DNA of 64,000 nt from NCBI RefSeq assembly GCF_964204645.1, contig NC_134025.1:12152001-12216000 (forward strand), read 5' to 3'. This document shows, piece after piece, positions 1 to 11,330 of this stretch. Made by a program: the position numbers and the translations under genes. Every line of letters begins with the position of its first letter. The stretch's first letter is position 1. The notes below the pieces were generated by a model. The model saw only the letters and a program-made list of their open reading frames with translations, had not been told where the DNA came from and made no database searches. Source of the DNA: Tubulanus polymorphus (Eukaryota > Animalia > Nemertea).

Positions 1-2301
1 AGTCGTCAGCAGGTTTTAAGCATTGCCTAACAATTTATGACAATACACTATGATCAACAATTTACCATCATAAAATCAATCGCGCACCAATTTTATATAT
101 TCTTCCTAACTCCTGATTCGACCGACCATCGCAACTCTTTTTCCATTTTAAATAATCAAACCCGCTGATTTGTTCCTAGCAAGGGTGGTGGGTTTAAAGG
201 GGCGCACAAAGATGAGCGTAATATCGATTCAAGTTCAAAAGGCATTCTCACCTACATTGCTGTTCCGAGTCAGAGCACTTACAGCAGCCTCCCGTCGGGT
301 CTCTTTCTATCATACCGGTGTTGCTCACTCCACACCAGCTTTTATAGTTCGTTAAATCGGACAAACTCGGCAAACCATGAACATCTACATCAACACCCAA
401 AATGCTAGATCAGCAATATCAATCAGTTTTCGTTTAGAACTATCATAAAAATGTTCTAACGAACTTTAAATGTGCCCAAATCGGTATGGTAAGTGCTGAT
501 GAAATTTCACCGTATGGCGGTTAAACGAGCGGGACTGGTTGGTACCTTATAGAAGTTCTAGAATAAGTTGTTTAGAAGGCTTACCTAAGAAAACCACTGT
601 CGTGGCTGCTAATATAAGCACCAAATAATTCATTGTTGCAAAATTCGCTGGACAGAACTGTCGACACGATGTTTCCTAATCGATGTTCGCCTCATCCAAC
701 TAAATCATTTATTAGTAAATATATCTTATTGGTCACTGCTCATGCGGTCACAGAGGATTGGCGGTTGCTTTCAGCCATCGTGCGATCAACCGACCGAAAC
801 GAAGTCCTACTGAGGGCGGTAACAGATGCTGTAGCGTGTCAATAATGATGCCATTGTTACTAACCGTTTCAGTGCTACAATGCGCAAACATTAACAGGTT
901 CTGGGACACCATATGTCCACTTGGATCTGAAATGCTTTATCTGAAAATGATGGATCTGGACGATTTCAATATTCAACACACAATGGTGACCATGTAGAAG
1001 TCAATGACCATGAAACCGCTTTCATATAGAACTTGACATGTCATATTGATTGCGGTTACAAAAGGCGAGAACAATAAAATTACTGATCCTAATTCCATGC
1101 GAGAGATGATCATTCGTATGACAGTAATAACAAAATTCAAATATGGAGACTAAAAGATGTTGATATTTTCCTTAAAAAACCTTTTTCCACAGGACTGGTG
1201 AAGCTCAAATGTTCACAATTGCGTGGACTGGTAAAGAAAACCACCTGATACATTAAAGATTCATCCTCAAAGTAAACCATCATGAATTTCAATTAACCAT
1301 GGCAAACCAGGACGCTACCGGTATCAGAATTCAGGCCAAAAGACAGTGAGCTTTTTGGATGCAAAACGGTCACAGAACGGCTTTGTTGTGTCTGAGCATA
1401 GAAATAAATTGCAAGATATTAAAGTTTTATTTCAATGACATCATCAATTCAAGGAAGCTAGAGGTGAACTCCACTTTTGCCATTTTAGTTTAGGCTATTC
1501 TCAAAAATAAACTAGTCTTTCAAAAAATGCAATAATCCCGATGGCACATTCCACCAAGAACCACTAGTTATTATTGTAGTGATTCGGCCGCTACATAGGC
1601 CTACGTCTTCGTTCTTTCAATCATCCTGCACGAGAAAACAAGTTAGGCACTGCGACCGAGGTGTGGACGATTTGCGATTGAATACTTGAATAACGCTAAA
1701 CGACGCCGTGGTTGCGAGGATCTGGCTTTAGGAAAGCTGAAGAACATCTGGATATCACGGAGTAGCATACCACTCACTCCGTTTCACGCAATTTCACGAG
1801 GATTCTAAGTGCTTTAAGGCATCTTCGTTGTTGTTTTGTTTGCATAGTGCTACATCTTTTGAAGTTTCTAATTGATGGCAACCAAACGCGCTATTCGCCG
1901 CCCGGACCGTGGCGTTCAACCGGTCCAGCCAAATCAGATTTTCGGCCTGTGATGCAAGCGGTGTTCGTCACCTAGCCCGATCATAATTCGAATCGTGGCC
2001 AATACAATTATCTCCCAATTACCGGTATGGACATCGTCATTCGTCACGGTTGTTAATCGTCATTTTGTCAATCGTCATTCTTGCCATTTGTCAGAGTTGC
2101 CTGAGCATTGAATATTCTTTTCTTGAATAGTGGAAGGTTGGGCCTGCACTTGTAGCATAATAGGCTGTAGACAGCGGCTAATTAATCAAACAACATACTG
2201 AGTCCCACATATTTAAGTAGGAAGGGCGCCTCCGTTCCGCAAATGGCAGGTAACTCGGGTGGCTCCAATTTCCAGCTACTGAGAAGGGTGACTCCATTTA
2301 A

Positions 2302-2658
2302 CCGGCGACTCACGTGAAGTCGCGATTTTTTTTTCACAAGAGTTTCCGCCATCTTGTTTGCAGTGCGCATGTTCCCCATTCTGTTTGTAAACACAATCCA
2401 CACGTGTGCACTACACTCACTGTAGTCACAGTGCGTTCGCGGCTATCAACCGCGAACGTCCACTTCGTTCAACTCAACACGACCCGCGAACACCAGCAGT
2501 TCACCCGGAAGTTCAACGAACTCCTCGAGAATCACGACGACGTCACCGCGATACCACCAATCGATGATCGACGCTTCATAGTTGTTGGAAACGGAATCCA
2601 CTGGGACCGTGGTACAGCTAACACCCTGCTGGGCCACTGGCTCAGTGGTTTAAACTAA
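2302..2658 (+). CDS. PLE ORF1 remnant, resembling the C-terminal part of an SGNH/GDSL esterase-like domain; N-terminus missing or spliced
   Basis: Frame open 2302-2658 with no ATG. From about 2431 it reads RSRLSTANVHFVQLN...IPPIDDRRFIVVGNGIHWDRGTANTLLGHWLSGLN*, similar to SGNH block V (DGxH) plus the terminal helix. Same GC-rich codon style as the downstream RT. Confidence 0.55.
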   Translation, partial: PATHVKSRFFFHKSFRHLVCSAHVPHSVCKHNPHVCTTLTVVTVRSRLSTANVHFVQLNTTREHQQFTRKFNELLENHDDVTAIPPIDDRRFIVVGNGIHWDRGTANTLLGHWLSGLN

Positions 2659-2690
2659 GTATCAGTGAGACCAACGGGTCCACTATTGGT
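2649..2690 (+). promoter_or_regulatory. Candidate -1 programmed ribosomal frameshift signal (T TTA AAC plus stem-loop)
   Basis: ORF1 codons GGT TTA AAC TAA put the heptamer 2649-2655 in X XXY YYZ register. Hairpin AGTG-A-GACC(AACG)GGTC-CACT at 2664-2684. The -1 frame is the RT frame and has no stop from 2622 onward. Confidence 0.75.
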
Positions 2691-5117
2691 GAGTTAAATC
2701 AACCGGAATTAACCAATGCTTCTCTGATTTCTTCCATTTCCCGGTCCAACGAACACGAAGAACCGGCACCAAACCAAGCGCGACGCGATCCGGTCACCGC
2801 TCTCGGGAGCCCGGTGGTCAACCTCACACGTTCACTCCGCCTAAGTCCGGCGCAACATCAGCTACTCCGAAAGGGCCTCACTTATTGCCCGTCTCCAAAA
2901 ATCGGTTCTGATGCCGCTGCGATCGAGCGCACCAAGGGAGTGTGCCGATTCAACCGGCTAGTGAAACTCGACCATCACTTCCGAGACAAACCGGACCGCG
3001 AGGCTCCGCGTTTCCGTCTGCCCAGCAGTTGGGCTCCGGATGAAATAGAACCAGTAATCGCCGAGTTCTGCAACGACGCGCATGAATTGGCTCAACAAAC
3101 CAGGGATACGCGTCGCGTAAATGATAACCTCACTAAACAGGAACGCGAAGCCCTCCAGCAGCTGCGTGACAACACTAATATTGTCATCAAAGCCGCCGAT
3201 AAGGGTTCCGCCACGGTTATCATGGACCGCGACGACTACGTCCACGAAGCCATGCGCCAACTAGCCGATCTCGAGTATAATCAGCCGCTGCAGCAACCGA
3301 TCTTCGAACAGACCGGGGAAGAAATCCGCGAAATCATCGAAAATATGGCTCGACGAAAAATCATCCTGCTAAAAACCGCCGAATATCTATTACCACCCGA
3401 TAATCCGAAACAGAGGCAGTTCTATCTGCTTCCCAAAATCCATAAAGAACGCGAGAAGTGGACGGTACCCGATCGCGTACCGCCGGGGAGACCGATCGTC
3501 TCCGACTGCGGCTCCGAAACCTACGAAATTTCGGAATGGATCGACTACTATTTGCAGCCGATCGCCCGGAGTCACCCGTCGTACGTCAAAGATACCAACC
3601 ACTTTCTAGATATTTTGGCCGGTAAACAATTTAGCGCCGATGCGTTACTCGTCACCATGGACATCGATTCGCTCTACACGAACATCCCCCACGAAAAGGG
3701 TATCGCCAGCATCCGACAAGCTCACCGAGACAACCCAAACCCGGGACGCTCGGATGCCGAGCTGCTGCAACTACTCGAAATCAGCCTGAAGGAAAACGAC
3801 TTTAACTTCAACGAAAACACATATTTACAGGTAAAAGGTACCGCAATGAGTAAGCGTTGTGCTCCTTCTTATGCCAATATCTTTGTAGCCGAATGGGAAA
3901 AAGAAGATCTGTCCAGAAGCGAACTCCAACCATCGCTATACGCTCGGTTCATCGACGACATCTACATGGTTTGGGAACACGGCCGCGAAACGTTGATGCA
4001 ATTCATCGACGTCCTACAAACAGTGAGCCGATCCATCAAACTCAAGTTCGAAATCAGCGACACCAGCGTCAACTTCCTGGACGTAACCACTTTCAAAGGC
4101 CCGCGATTCGAGACAAGTGGCACAGTAGACACCAAAGTCTACTTCAAACCAACCGATTCGCATCAATTACTACATCGATCTTCGTTTCACCCTAAACACA
4201 CATTTTCCGGTATAGTTAAAAGTCAAATTCTCCGGTTCCGGCGCATCTGCAATAACGATTCAGACCTACACGCAGCGTCCGGAACCGTCCTTAAAGTACT
4301 CAGAGGTCGTGGCTACAAAGACCGCGAACTGCGACACATCAAAAGCCAAGCTCTACGGCACCACGCCGAACGAGATCAACGAGAACAACAACGGGCCAAC
4401 GAACCGCCGAAAAAGCGTTTACCGCTTGATATCTTACCTCACTCCGAAGCCAACCGAACCCTAGCCCGTAACATCCGAACCAGATTTACGGAACTGGCTA
4501 CGGCCACCGGCCGGTCGGACGAGGTAACCACGGTCACCGCCTACACCAAGCACAAGAGTCTCAAGGATCACCTAACTTCGTCGCAGCTCAAACCAACGGA
4601 GCCACCCCCTCCCCGAGTCCCCTCTTCACCGCATCGTAACAGAAATACTTCCGTTGTTTCCAATTCTTCTATTTCCAGGTCTACTCAAAGAACTCCGTCA
4701 ACCCGACGTCGAGGCACCAAGAAATGCAGAAAACCGAGATGTCGTACGTGTCCACTCGTCCGAGAAACAACCGTTTGCCGCAGCCACAACAAAATGCACG
4801 CGATCCGCAGCACAATTAATTGCGCGACCCGTGAAATTGTATACTGCATCGAATGCACCAAGTGCAACATGCTGTACGTCGGCTAAACCGGAATGTCTCT
4901 ACGAGAACGCGTCACTCATCACGTCTCACGCATCAGAACGAAGAATTCGACTCCAGTCTCGGACCACTTCAACCAAGTCGACCACACCCGCGAACACTTT
5001 CGGGTGTACGGTCTCCAACACCTACCAGGCTTCACGAGACCGATCCGCGAAGCAGCCGAACAAGACTGGATACGACGACTCGACACGAACACGCCCCGAG
5101 GCATGAACGTCCCGTAG
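2649..5117 (+). mobile_element. Penelope-like retroelement RT plus Cys-rich linker plus C-terminal GIY-YIG endonuclease (Neptune-like layout), probably an inactive copy
   Basis: PLE motifs VVNL..LS...LL.KGL.Y.P, IVIKAADKGSATVIMD, FYLLPKIHK, PGRPIVS, LVTMDIDSLYTNI, QVKGTAM, RFIDDI, FLDV, YFKPTD, SFHP. Linker C.KPRCRTC. Endonuclease IVYCIECTKC..LYVG*TG..LRERVTHH...VSDHF...EQDWI..L.T..PRGMN. One in-frame TAA at 4884-4886. Confidence 0.95.
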
Positions 5118-5551
5118 ACCGCCTCACTACAACAATTAACTCGTACTACTTTTTTTACAGGGATAACCCGCTGCCCGTGCACTAGTGGGGTCTCCAAACC
5201 TTCGGTTTGGTCCCCTAACCTCTATCTCTAAACCTAAACCCAATATAATGATTTTATTGTCATTTCGACAAATTAACGATTCAGTAAATGAGAGACTCCT
5301 GCTGCTTTCCAAGCTGGGAACTTTCATCGAAGCCACTGGCAGATTCCATTAAGAAGAAAAAAAACCGCTATACAATCTGTACTATCTGTCACTCCAACAC
5401 CTATCCGTTCACTGATATATTTATACATTTTGTCCGTCTGTAATATGTGTCACTCTATTCGCACGCGCTACACATTAATCAGCATATCTCGGCTGTCTAT
5501 CAACAGTAAATTCTGCATGCACCCACCATATTAGGTGTTTTGTTCCGATAT

Positions 5552-5680
5552 TAGTTCTGTCTGTTTCGCTTAGTACTGTGCGTTTCGCTTAGTATTGTCC
5601 GTTTCAGTTAGTACTGTCCGTTTCGCTAAGTGTTGTCCGTGTAACCTAGTACTGTCGTTTCTCTGAGTACTGTCCGTACC
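5552..5680 (+). repeat. Minisatellite, about 7 degenerate 19-bp units (TAGTACTGTCCGTTTCGCT)
   Basis: Head-to-tail units start at 5552, 5571, 5590 and onward, with no spacers. Confidence 0.85.
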
Positions 5681-6155
5681 GCTATCGCACATGTAGCCAA
5701 AATTGTCTTGCTCACCTCCGCGTAGTGTCCGATAAAGGTGTCTATAATGTAATGTGGCTCTCCCCTTTTCTTCAGAATGCTATTGGGACTGGATACGAAC
5801 TGGATACATTCTCCTGCACGGATTCGTCGCGATTCTACTGCGTTCCAAGCGTCTTTCCGATCATTTCGTTAAAACTCAAACGCCGCACGTTGCTCCACAC
5901 CATAACAGTCCGCCACAAAGTACGCGAGTTTGTGCCGTCCATGCGTTTTTCTGCACACAGAGTTTGCTAGCGCCCAGCGAGTCATCACGTGACATTATTT
6001 TCCGAAGATACAAGATACAAGTCTCCGGGACTATGTGCTGTTTGCCTGCTGTGTGCGGGCTGGGGGGCTGTGTTCCCTGGAGTCCACTGTGTGTGGACTA
6101 GAGGCTTTGTGCCTCGTAGGACTGTGTCCTGTTGCCTGTTGTGCGTGGGCTGGAG

Positions 6156-7401
6156 GGCTGTTCGAATATCACGGATACCGGATACCGGACACCTAAATAC
6201 CGGATACCGGATACTCGAGATTGCGGAGTATATAGCGCATCGGGTCTAAGGAGTCGTTTCCGTGCTGTTGTAAGTAGTACTGCCGCGACATACAATTTAT
6301 TTGTCAAATTGTTACAGAGGCTAACCAACTTATTTGTCAGCCTGATTACAGCCTGCTTTCACGTTTTTAGTGTCATCATCGATCTCAATATTATACATAT
6401 TTCTTTCTGAATACTGTTGTTCTTTGGTTAGGTGAAGTTAAACGTTATATTCATTTTTTATTATCTTACTTCACTGGTGATGGATATGCATTGGTGGCCC
6501 TTTTTGGTTTTCTGTAAAATCCTTTCGTTAATAGGGCTGAGTACTGCAAGGCCCTATATCTCAAGTTAGAAAGCCATAAGCGAGTCTGGCATTTGTAACG
6601 TTTCTTCTAATAAAATTTGTTTTAAAGATCTTTACAGTTTGTATTAGTTGATTTAGGATGAACACCAATGAAAAACAAGTATTTACAAACAAAGAATTAA
6701 AATTCGTTTTCTTATTTTATGGAGTAGAATATTCGGTATATTCTATTTATTGGACGATATGTCTACATTTCATTCTCAATCACAATGTCCCTAAAAATGA
6801 AATTGAGTCCATGGCGATCGTCGAAAATCAACACCCCTGGACACCAATTGTTTTGGTATAACCTTCAAAAATCAGTTCGTCGAATACCGGTACCTACCAT
6901 TTCTCTAAGTGACTATTTACCCTGATGTTAAATTTGATTCTAAAGATCATGAAAATATAGATCGTCAATAACGCTTTACTTAATTAAAATGGCCTTCTTC
7001 GTGAAACTGAATGATAAAGATATTTTGTATTGTACAGAAGCTCTGCCCAAAACGGTAACGGTCTATTCGGTAATCCGTTCAAATTGGCAGAATTATAAAA
7101 AATATTTTCTGTCCACTGTTTGTTACCGGGTCTGTCGTATGTAATCGAGTTATTACTCGGAAGCAATAAATCTGTATTGAATTGTCTATACCGGTAACAT
7201 TTGTATGCTACTTTACTTGAAAAGCATATACCGATGTATTATGAAAATAATCTAGGCCTTTTATTCTTCTACTTGATCTCACACGAACTGCCGTTTACCG
7301 CTGACCGTTAGACCCGATGCGCTATATACTCCGCAATCCCGAGTATCCGGTATCCGGTATTTAGGTGTCCGGTGTCCGGTATCCGTGATATTCGAACAGC
7401 C
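6156..7401. mobile_element. Non-autonomous TIR element with 9-bp TSD (Mutator-like MITE)
   Basis: TIRs of about 93 bp (GGCTGTTCGAATATCACGGATACCGG...CGGGTCTAA and its reverse complement at 7308-7401). Direct repeat GGGCTGGAG at 6147-6155 and 7402-7410. Confidence 0.92.
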
Positions 7402-8329
7402 GGGCTGGAGGGCTGTGTGCCCCGGAGTTTGCTGTGTGTGATAAAAGAATGGAAGGTTACGTTTAAAAAAAAGAGAAATGAATATCAAAATAAAAGTATT
7501 AATGATTTATGAATTTTAGGGCAGATAAAACTTGAGTGGTCAGGGTTGTTGGTTGTTGGTTGCCTTTCCTTCCCTCTGGTCATGTTACCGCGGCCGATGA
7601 TGCTTATATAAACCATTGTACGTTATTTTTCTTCGAGCGTTTAGGGAAGTTCCGTCCCGTAGGGCTTTTACATGTGTTGCGTTTCTTTGCGCTTGCTGTT
7701 TAGATCTTAATTTTGTTCAATTCCGCTTTATGGCTTGGGTTTGGGTTTTGGGATGTTAGTTTTGGGGTTTTTGCAATGCCCTTTCAGTGTGTTTAGGGCC
7801 GTCGCTTGGGTGGCCCCGGTTTTCCCCCATATTTATATATTTCTGCAGTATTTCCGAACAACCACACGTCACAGGGAGTGAGGATAGTACCGGTATCCAA
7901 TCCAGTATGGTTTAGACTGACTACCGAAGGCCGAATAATACAAATTTATATTAATACAATAAGTTAGTTTTATTGCAAAGGCTAAACAGTCGTCAGTTGC
8001 TATCTATCTAGCCTGCCTAGGGCTCAGTAGCATTTTCATAAGAAATAAATTTTAATTTGATTGGATTTGGTAAACGAGAACCAGTCTTCACCACCCCCGT
8101 CAGAGCGATGTGTTGAAAACTTTCAATACCTAAAGGATAGAAAACGCTGAGATACAAACTTAAGTAAAAGTCTAATTTTCCTGTTTATATAGGCATAGTG
8201 ATATTAGGTCAATAATTCTTTTCGGTATGTTTAAAATAATTCAATTCAATTAAAGTTTATTGCCTCTAGGCGTCCGATTTTTGTGCAACCCAACGGCAAC
8301 CAACAAGGACGAACCTGCGAACGTTCGTA

Positions 8330-10391
8330 ATGTTTGCCATCAGGATACCGAATATTATTTTGCAGCGGGCTGTCATTCAAACGTGTCAAGTAAGTCTCAA
8401 TTCGGTAAAAGTGCAGATCCGCACCTCTCGTGATTGACGCAATCTGCTGAATGACAGAATCCGGGCTAAAATCTTTCTAGTGAAAATATCTTAAAATTAA
8501 CCAATGGCAATCAATGTACTGAATTGCTGAATTTGGAATCTGAAACATTGATATTTAATGTAATTGATTGAACCGTTTACGCGGAGAGGTGCGGATCTGC
8601 ACTTTTACCCTCAATTCTTTCCAACATGGGGTAAAACTGCGTTATAACACTATGTGTACTCTCTCCAGGCCGTGTAGTTGAATAGTGTGAAAAAGAAACG
8701 GTCCTTCTTATTATTACTGAGATGACGTAATTTACCGAAATGAACCGCCTCATCTAACCCGTCCGCAGGACGGGTATTTTGCTAGTATGTTATATTTCGA
8801 CTTCTCGGTTCATCTCGGTAAATCTCGTCATCTCGGTAATAAGGAGGACCGATACACTCTATTGAAGAATTGCTAAGAAAATAAAAAGTCTTCTTTTTCT
8901 TATGTTGAAAAGAGAAAAGATTTAGCCATTTTTGAATTGCTAATGTTTCTAGGCCTATGTCTACGAACCACGATCTTTTCATGATTTAAAAACAAATGGT
9001 AGGCATGGAAACATATTGTAAATAATTTATTCAGTTCATGTAATGGAGTCTTTTCGTTTCTCAAATCAGTTGAATGAAGAATTTTTTGCAATCCTGCAAT
9101 GACTAATATCCCTCTAGTCATTGAGAGTATTGATTTGTGTGCAATAAACTAGGCTTATATTTTTTATGTCAAACCCTTGATAGTTTGGGCCCTGAACTTA
9201 CTGCATCTAAATCTGCTGATTCCAGCGATGATGGTTGCGCATGGGCACTTTTGAATATATAGACTTTGAGGCTTAGATATGGGTCAAATTATTGATCTAT
9301 AAGTTAGATCGTTGGAATTCCGGTTGCATTTTGATAACAAATTTTTCTCATGTATCAAGTTTTTCCATCATCTCAGAAAATCATCAAAACGATGCGATTC
9401 ATAGGCCCAAAGGCCTACACAACAGTCCTAAAATTCATCTAAATTATTGGGCTCAATTGAATTAGGACCTTGTACTGCTGACCAACCTGCTAGATGGCGT
9501 GTGTTTCAGTGTGACAACTCAAGCAAAATTCAGTTCATTTTCGATGAACTTTCGTCTAGATTGGTAGCCTCTAGCATCGAAATAAAGCACTCATGTTTTT
9601 GTTTAACCATAAACTCTGTATTCTTTTATATTGTTTAGGCACATTGTAAAGGGTTAGCCACAGAAAGCAGTGGATCTACTATAAAGAAACAAACCGGTAA
9701 GCTAGTCCATTATAAAAATTCCGAAAGTCAAACCCTACAAGCGATGACCTACGAGCGATGAATGAGATGATTGAAAGGGAAAATACAGATGTTTCGTTCT
9801 CAATAAAAGCTGGCATTATGCGGGTTGGTGATTTATCAGGGGTTGACTGTAATAAAATTATACTGTTGAATTTAGATTACAATGTGCATACATGCGTTCC
9901 ATGAAAGAGCTTAACACCCTAGCGGCTTACTCCGAGATATCTCGTACTTCTGGTTCCGCCATCATTGCCACTATGAGGTTGTAGCTGATCATTCTTATCC
10001 ATCGTTTGTTTTATATTTGCACTCTGTGAATCGGAATTACTACACAATTTCGACCTGGAAACAAACTCAGTTTCTCAGTGATCATTGGTCAATTTTGAAC
10101 AATGGCTAACTAAGTAATAGCTCTACTGATAACTCGTAGTAGCAACGCCGTATCATCAGGGTGGCAGAGTGAATGTGTTAAAAAGGCGAATGAAAAATGT
10201 TGTCATATCTTTTTATTTTCTACTTTTAAGTGGCTCCACCGAAAAATCCAACTAACCAGAAAGGTAGCCAGGCAGTAGATCAACAAGTTTACAAAGTCTC
10301 TGAATATTACTCGTATGATGATATGTCTTTCTATGATATCGAAAACAAGATGAAGAAATACCGAATAGCTCAGCCTGAACCGAAGAAATGA
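8330..10391 (+). CDS. NDUFV3: NADH dehydrogenase [ubiquinone] flavoprotein 3, mitochondrial (3 coding exons, 92 aa)
   Basis: Exons 8330-8389, 9639-9696 and 10231-10391 with GT-AG and matching phases. N-terminus resembles a targeting peptide (MFAIRIPNIILQR). C-terminus YKVSEYYSYDDMSFYDIENKMKKYRIAQP matches the NDUFV3 signature. Confidence 0.88.
8404..8609. mobile_element. 206-bp MITE with 26-bp TIRs and 8-bp TSD, in NDUFV3 intron 1
   Basis: GGTAAAAGTGCAGATCCGCACCTCTC ... GAGAGGTGCGGATCTGCACTTTTACC; TSD CTCAATTC at 8396-8403 and 8610-8617. A partial copy lies at about 38851-38890. Confidence 0.9.
9911..10181. mobile_element. Possible piggyBac-type MITE (TTAA-CAC ... GTG-TTAA)
   Basis: TTAACAC and GTGTTAA ends plus a subterminal palindrome CGAGATATCTCG. 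The TIR is very short. Confidence 0.4.
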
Positions 10392-10581
10392 AAACTAACT
10401 CTAACCATGTAAATGCAGTTAATAGTTTTATCATAGAAATGTATAGATTCCTATATGGTTTTATGTAGCTTATTCATAAACAATAGTTTTCTTATTTCAA
10501 ACTGAAATGTTACGTTGAAATACAAGATGTTGAAACATAGTCAACTCTTTTCATTTGTCTTTCTTAGCGTTTTTCTTAATA

Positions 10582-11017
10582 CAGTCAAAGCGGAGTCGTT
10601 ATAACGCCAGCCCCGGAACTGTCGAAGATTGGCGGTATAACGAAACGGCGATCATGAGAGTTGCCATAGTATACAGGACTTGACGACTGACCAAATCCAG
10701 AATTGACATCAAATTAATCTTAATTTAGGAAGCGATGCGGTCTTAGCTTATTTCGTTTAGGATTGAAGAAAATGATACAATAGGTGTGTGGATACTGCCA
10801 ACTGATTGTGTCAATTCTTGACAGACGGGAAACATCGTTGACGAAAATCGTTGGCTGTATAACGAATGTTTTCTCTATGAGATTGAATCGGACTGTTCTG
10901 GATTTCGTTGGTGTTACGTCGGAGGGTGAGAGGTGTTATAACGAGAGGCAGATACACTGTACCAGATGAACTGTGCAAAAGGAAATTCTTGGCGGTATTA
11001 CGGATGGCGGAGACTGT
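10582..11017. mobile_element. Tc1/mariner (pogo-like) MITE, degraded
   Basis: TA-CAGTC...GACTG-TA ends and repeated GGCGGTATAACG-type subterminal motifs. Confidence 0.55.
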
Positions 11018-11330
11018 ATTCTGTTTCAAAATGCGTTTAAACTTCCAAACAGAAAAATTCCAGCACACAGAGATTGATTTAATATCTCTCAAGTGTGTTG
11101 GAATTTTTCTGGAAGTTGAATGAGTCTCTGCAGGTTTTTTTCTGACATTTATTCCCAGCAGTGTTACCAGTTTATTTGATGGAACATGTTAGCACTTCAC
11201 CTGGTTCGCCGGTGTAAGTTTGGCAAACTTGTCCCATCTGATTCTTTTACATGCGCTGGGAAGAATATTTAACAGAACGGCCAAGTCCGCTTAATTCGTA
11301 GCTGATCAACTAGTATATCCAATATGAATA

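Noticed and set aside
170-1000. Short ORFs and possible first exons at the window start
   Set aside because: Only isolated donor-like sites (about 281 on -, about 489 on +) with no recognisable protein; cannot be supported without upstream sequence.
4884-4886. Selenocysteine or programmed readthrough in the PLE endonuclease
   Set aside because: The codon is TAA, not TGA, at a position normally Glu/Gln; a point mutation is simpler.
5552-5680. CRISPR-like array or hammerhead ribozyme repeats
   Set aside because: Units are head-to-tail with no unique spacers, the DNA is eukaryotic, and the minus-strand CGAAAC has no CTGANGA partner.
7590-7625. Hammerhead core in the PLE tail (CCGATGATGCTTATATAA)
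   Set aside because: The CTGA core is broken and no GAAA follows.
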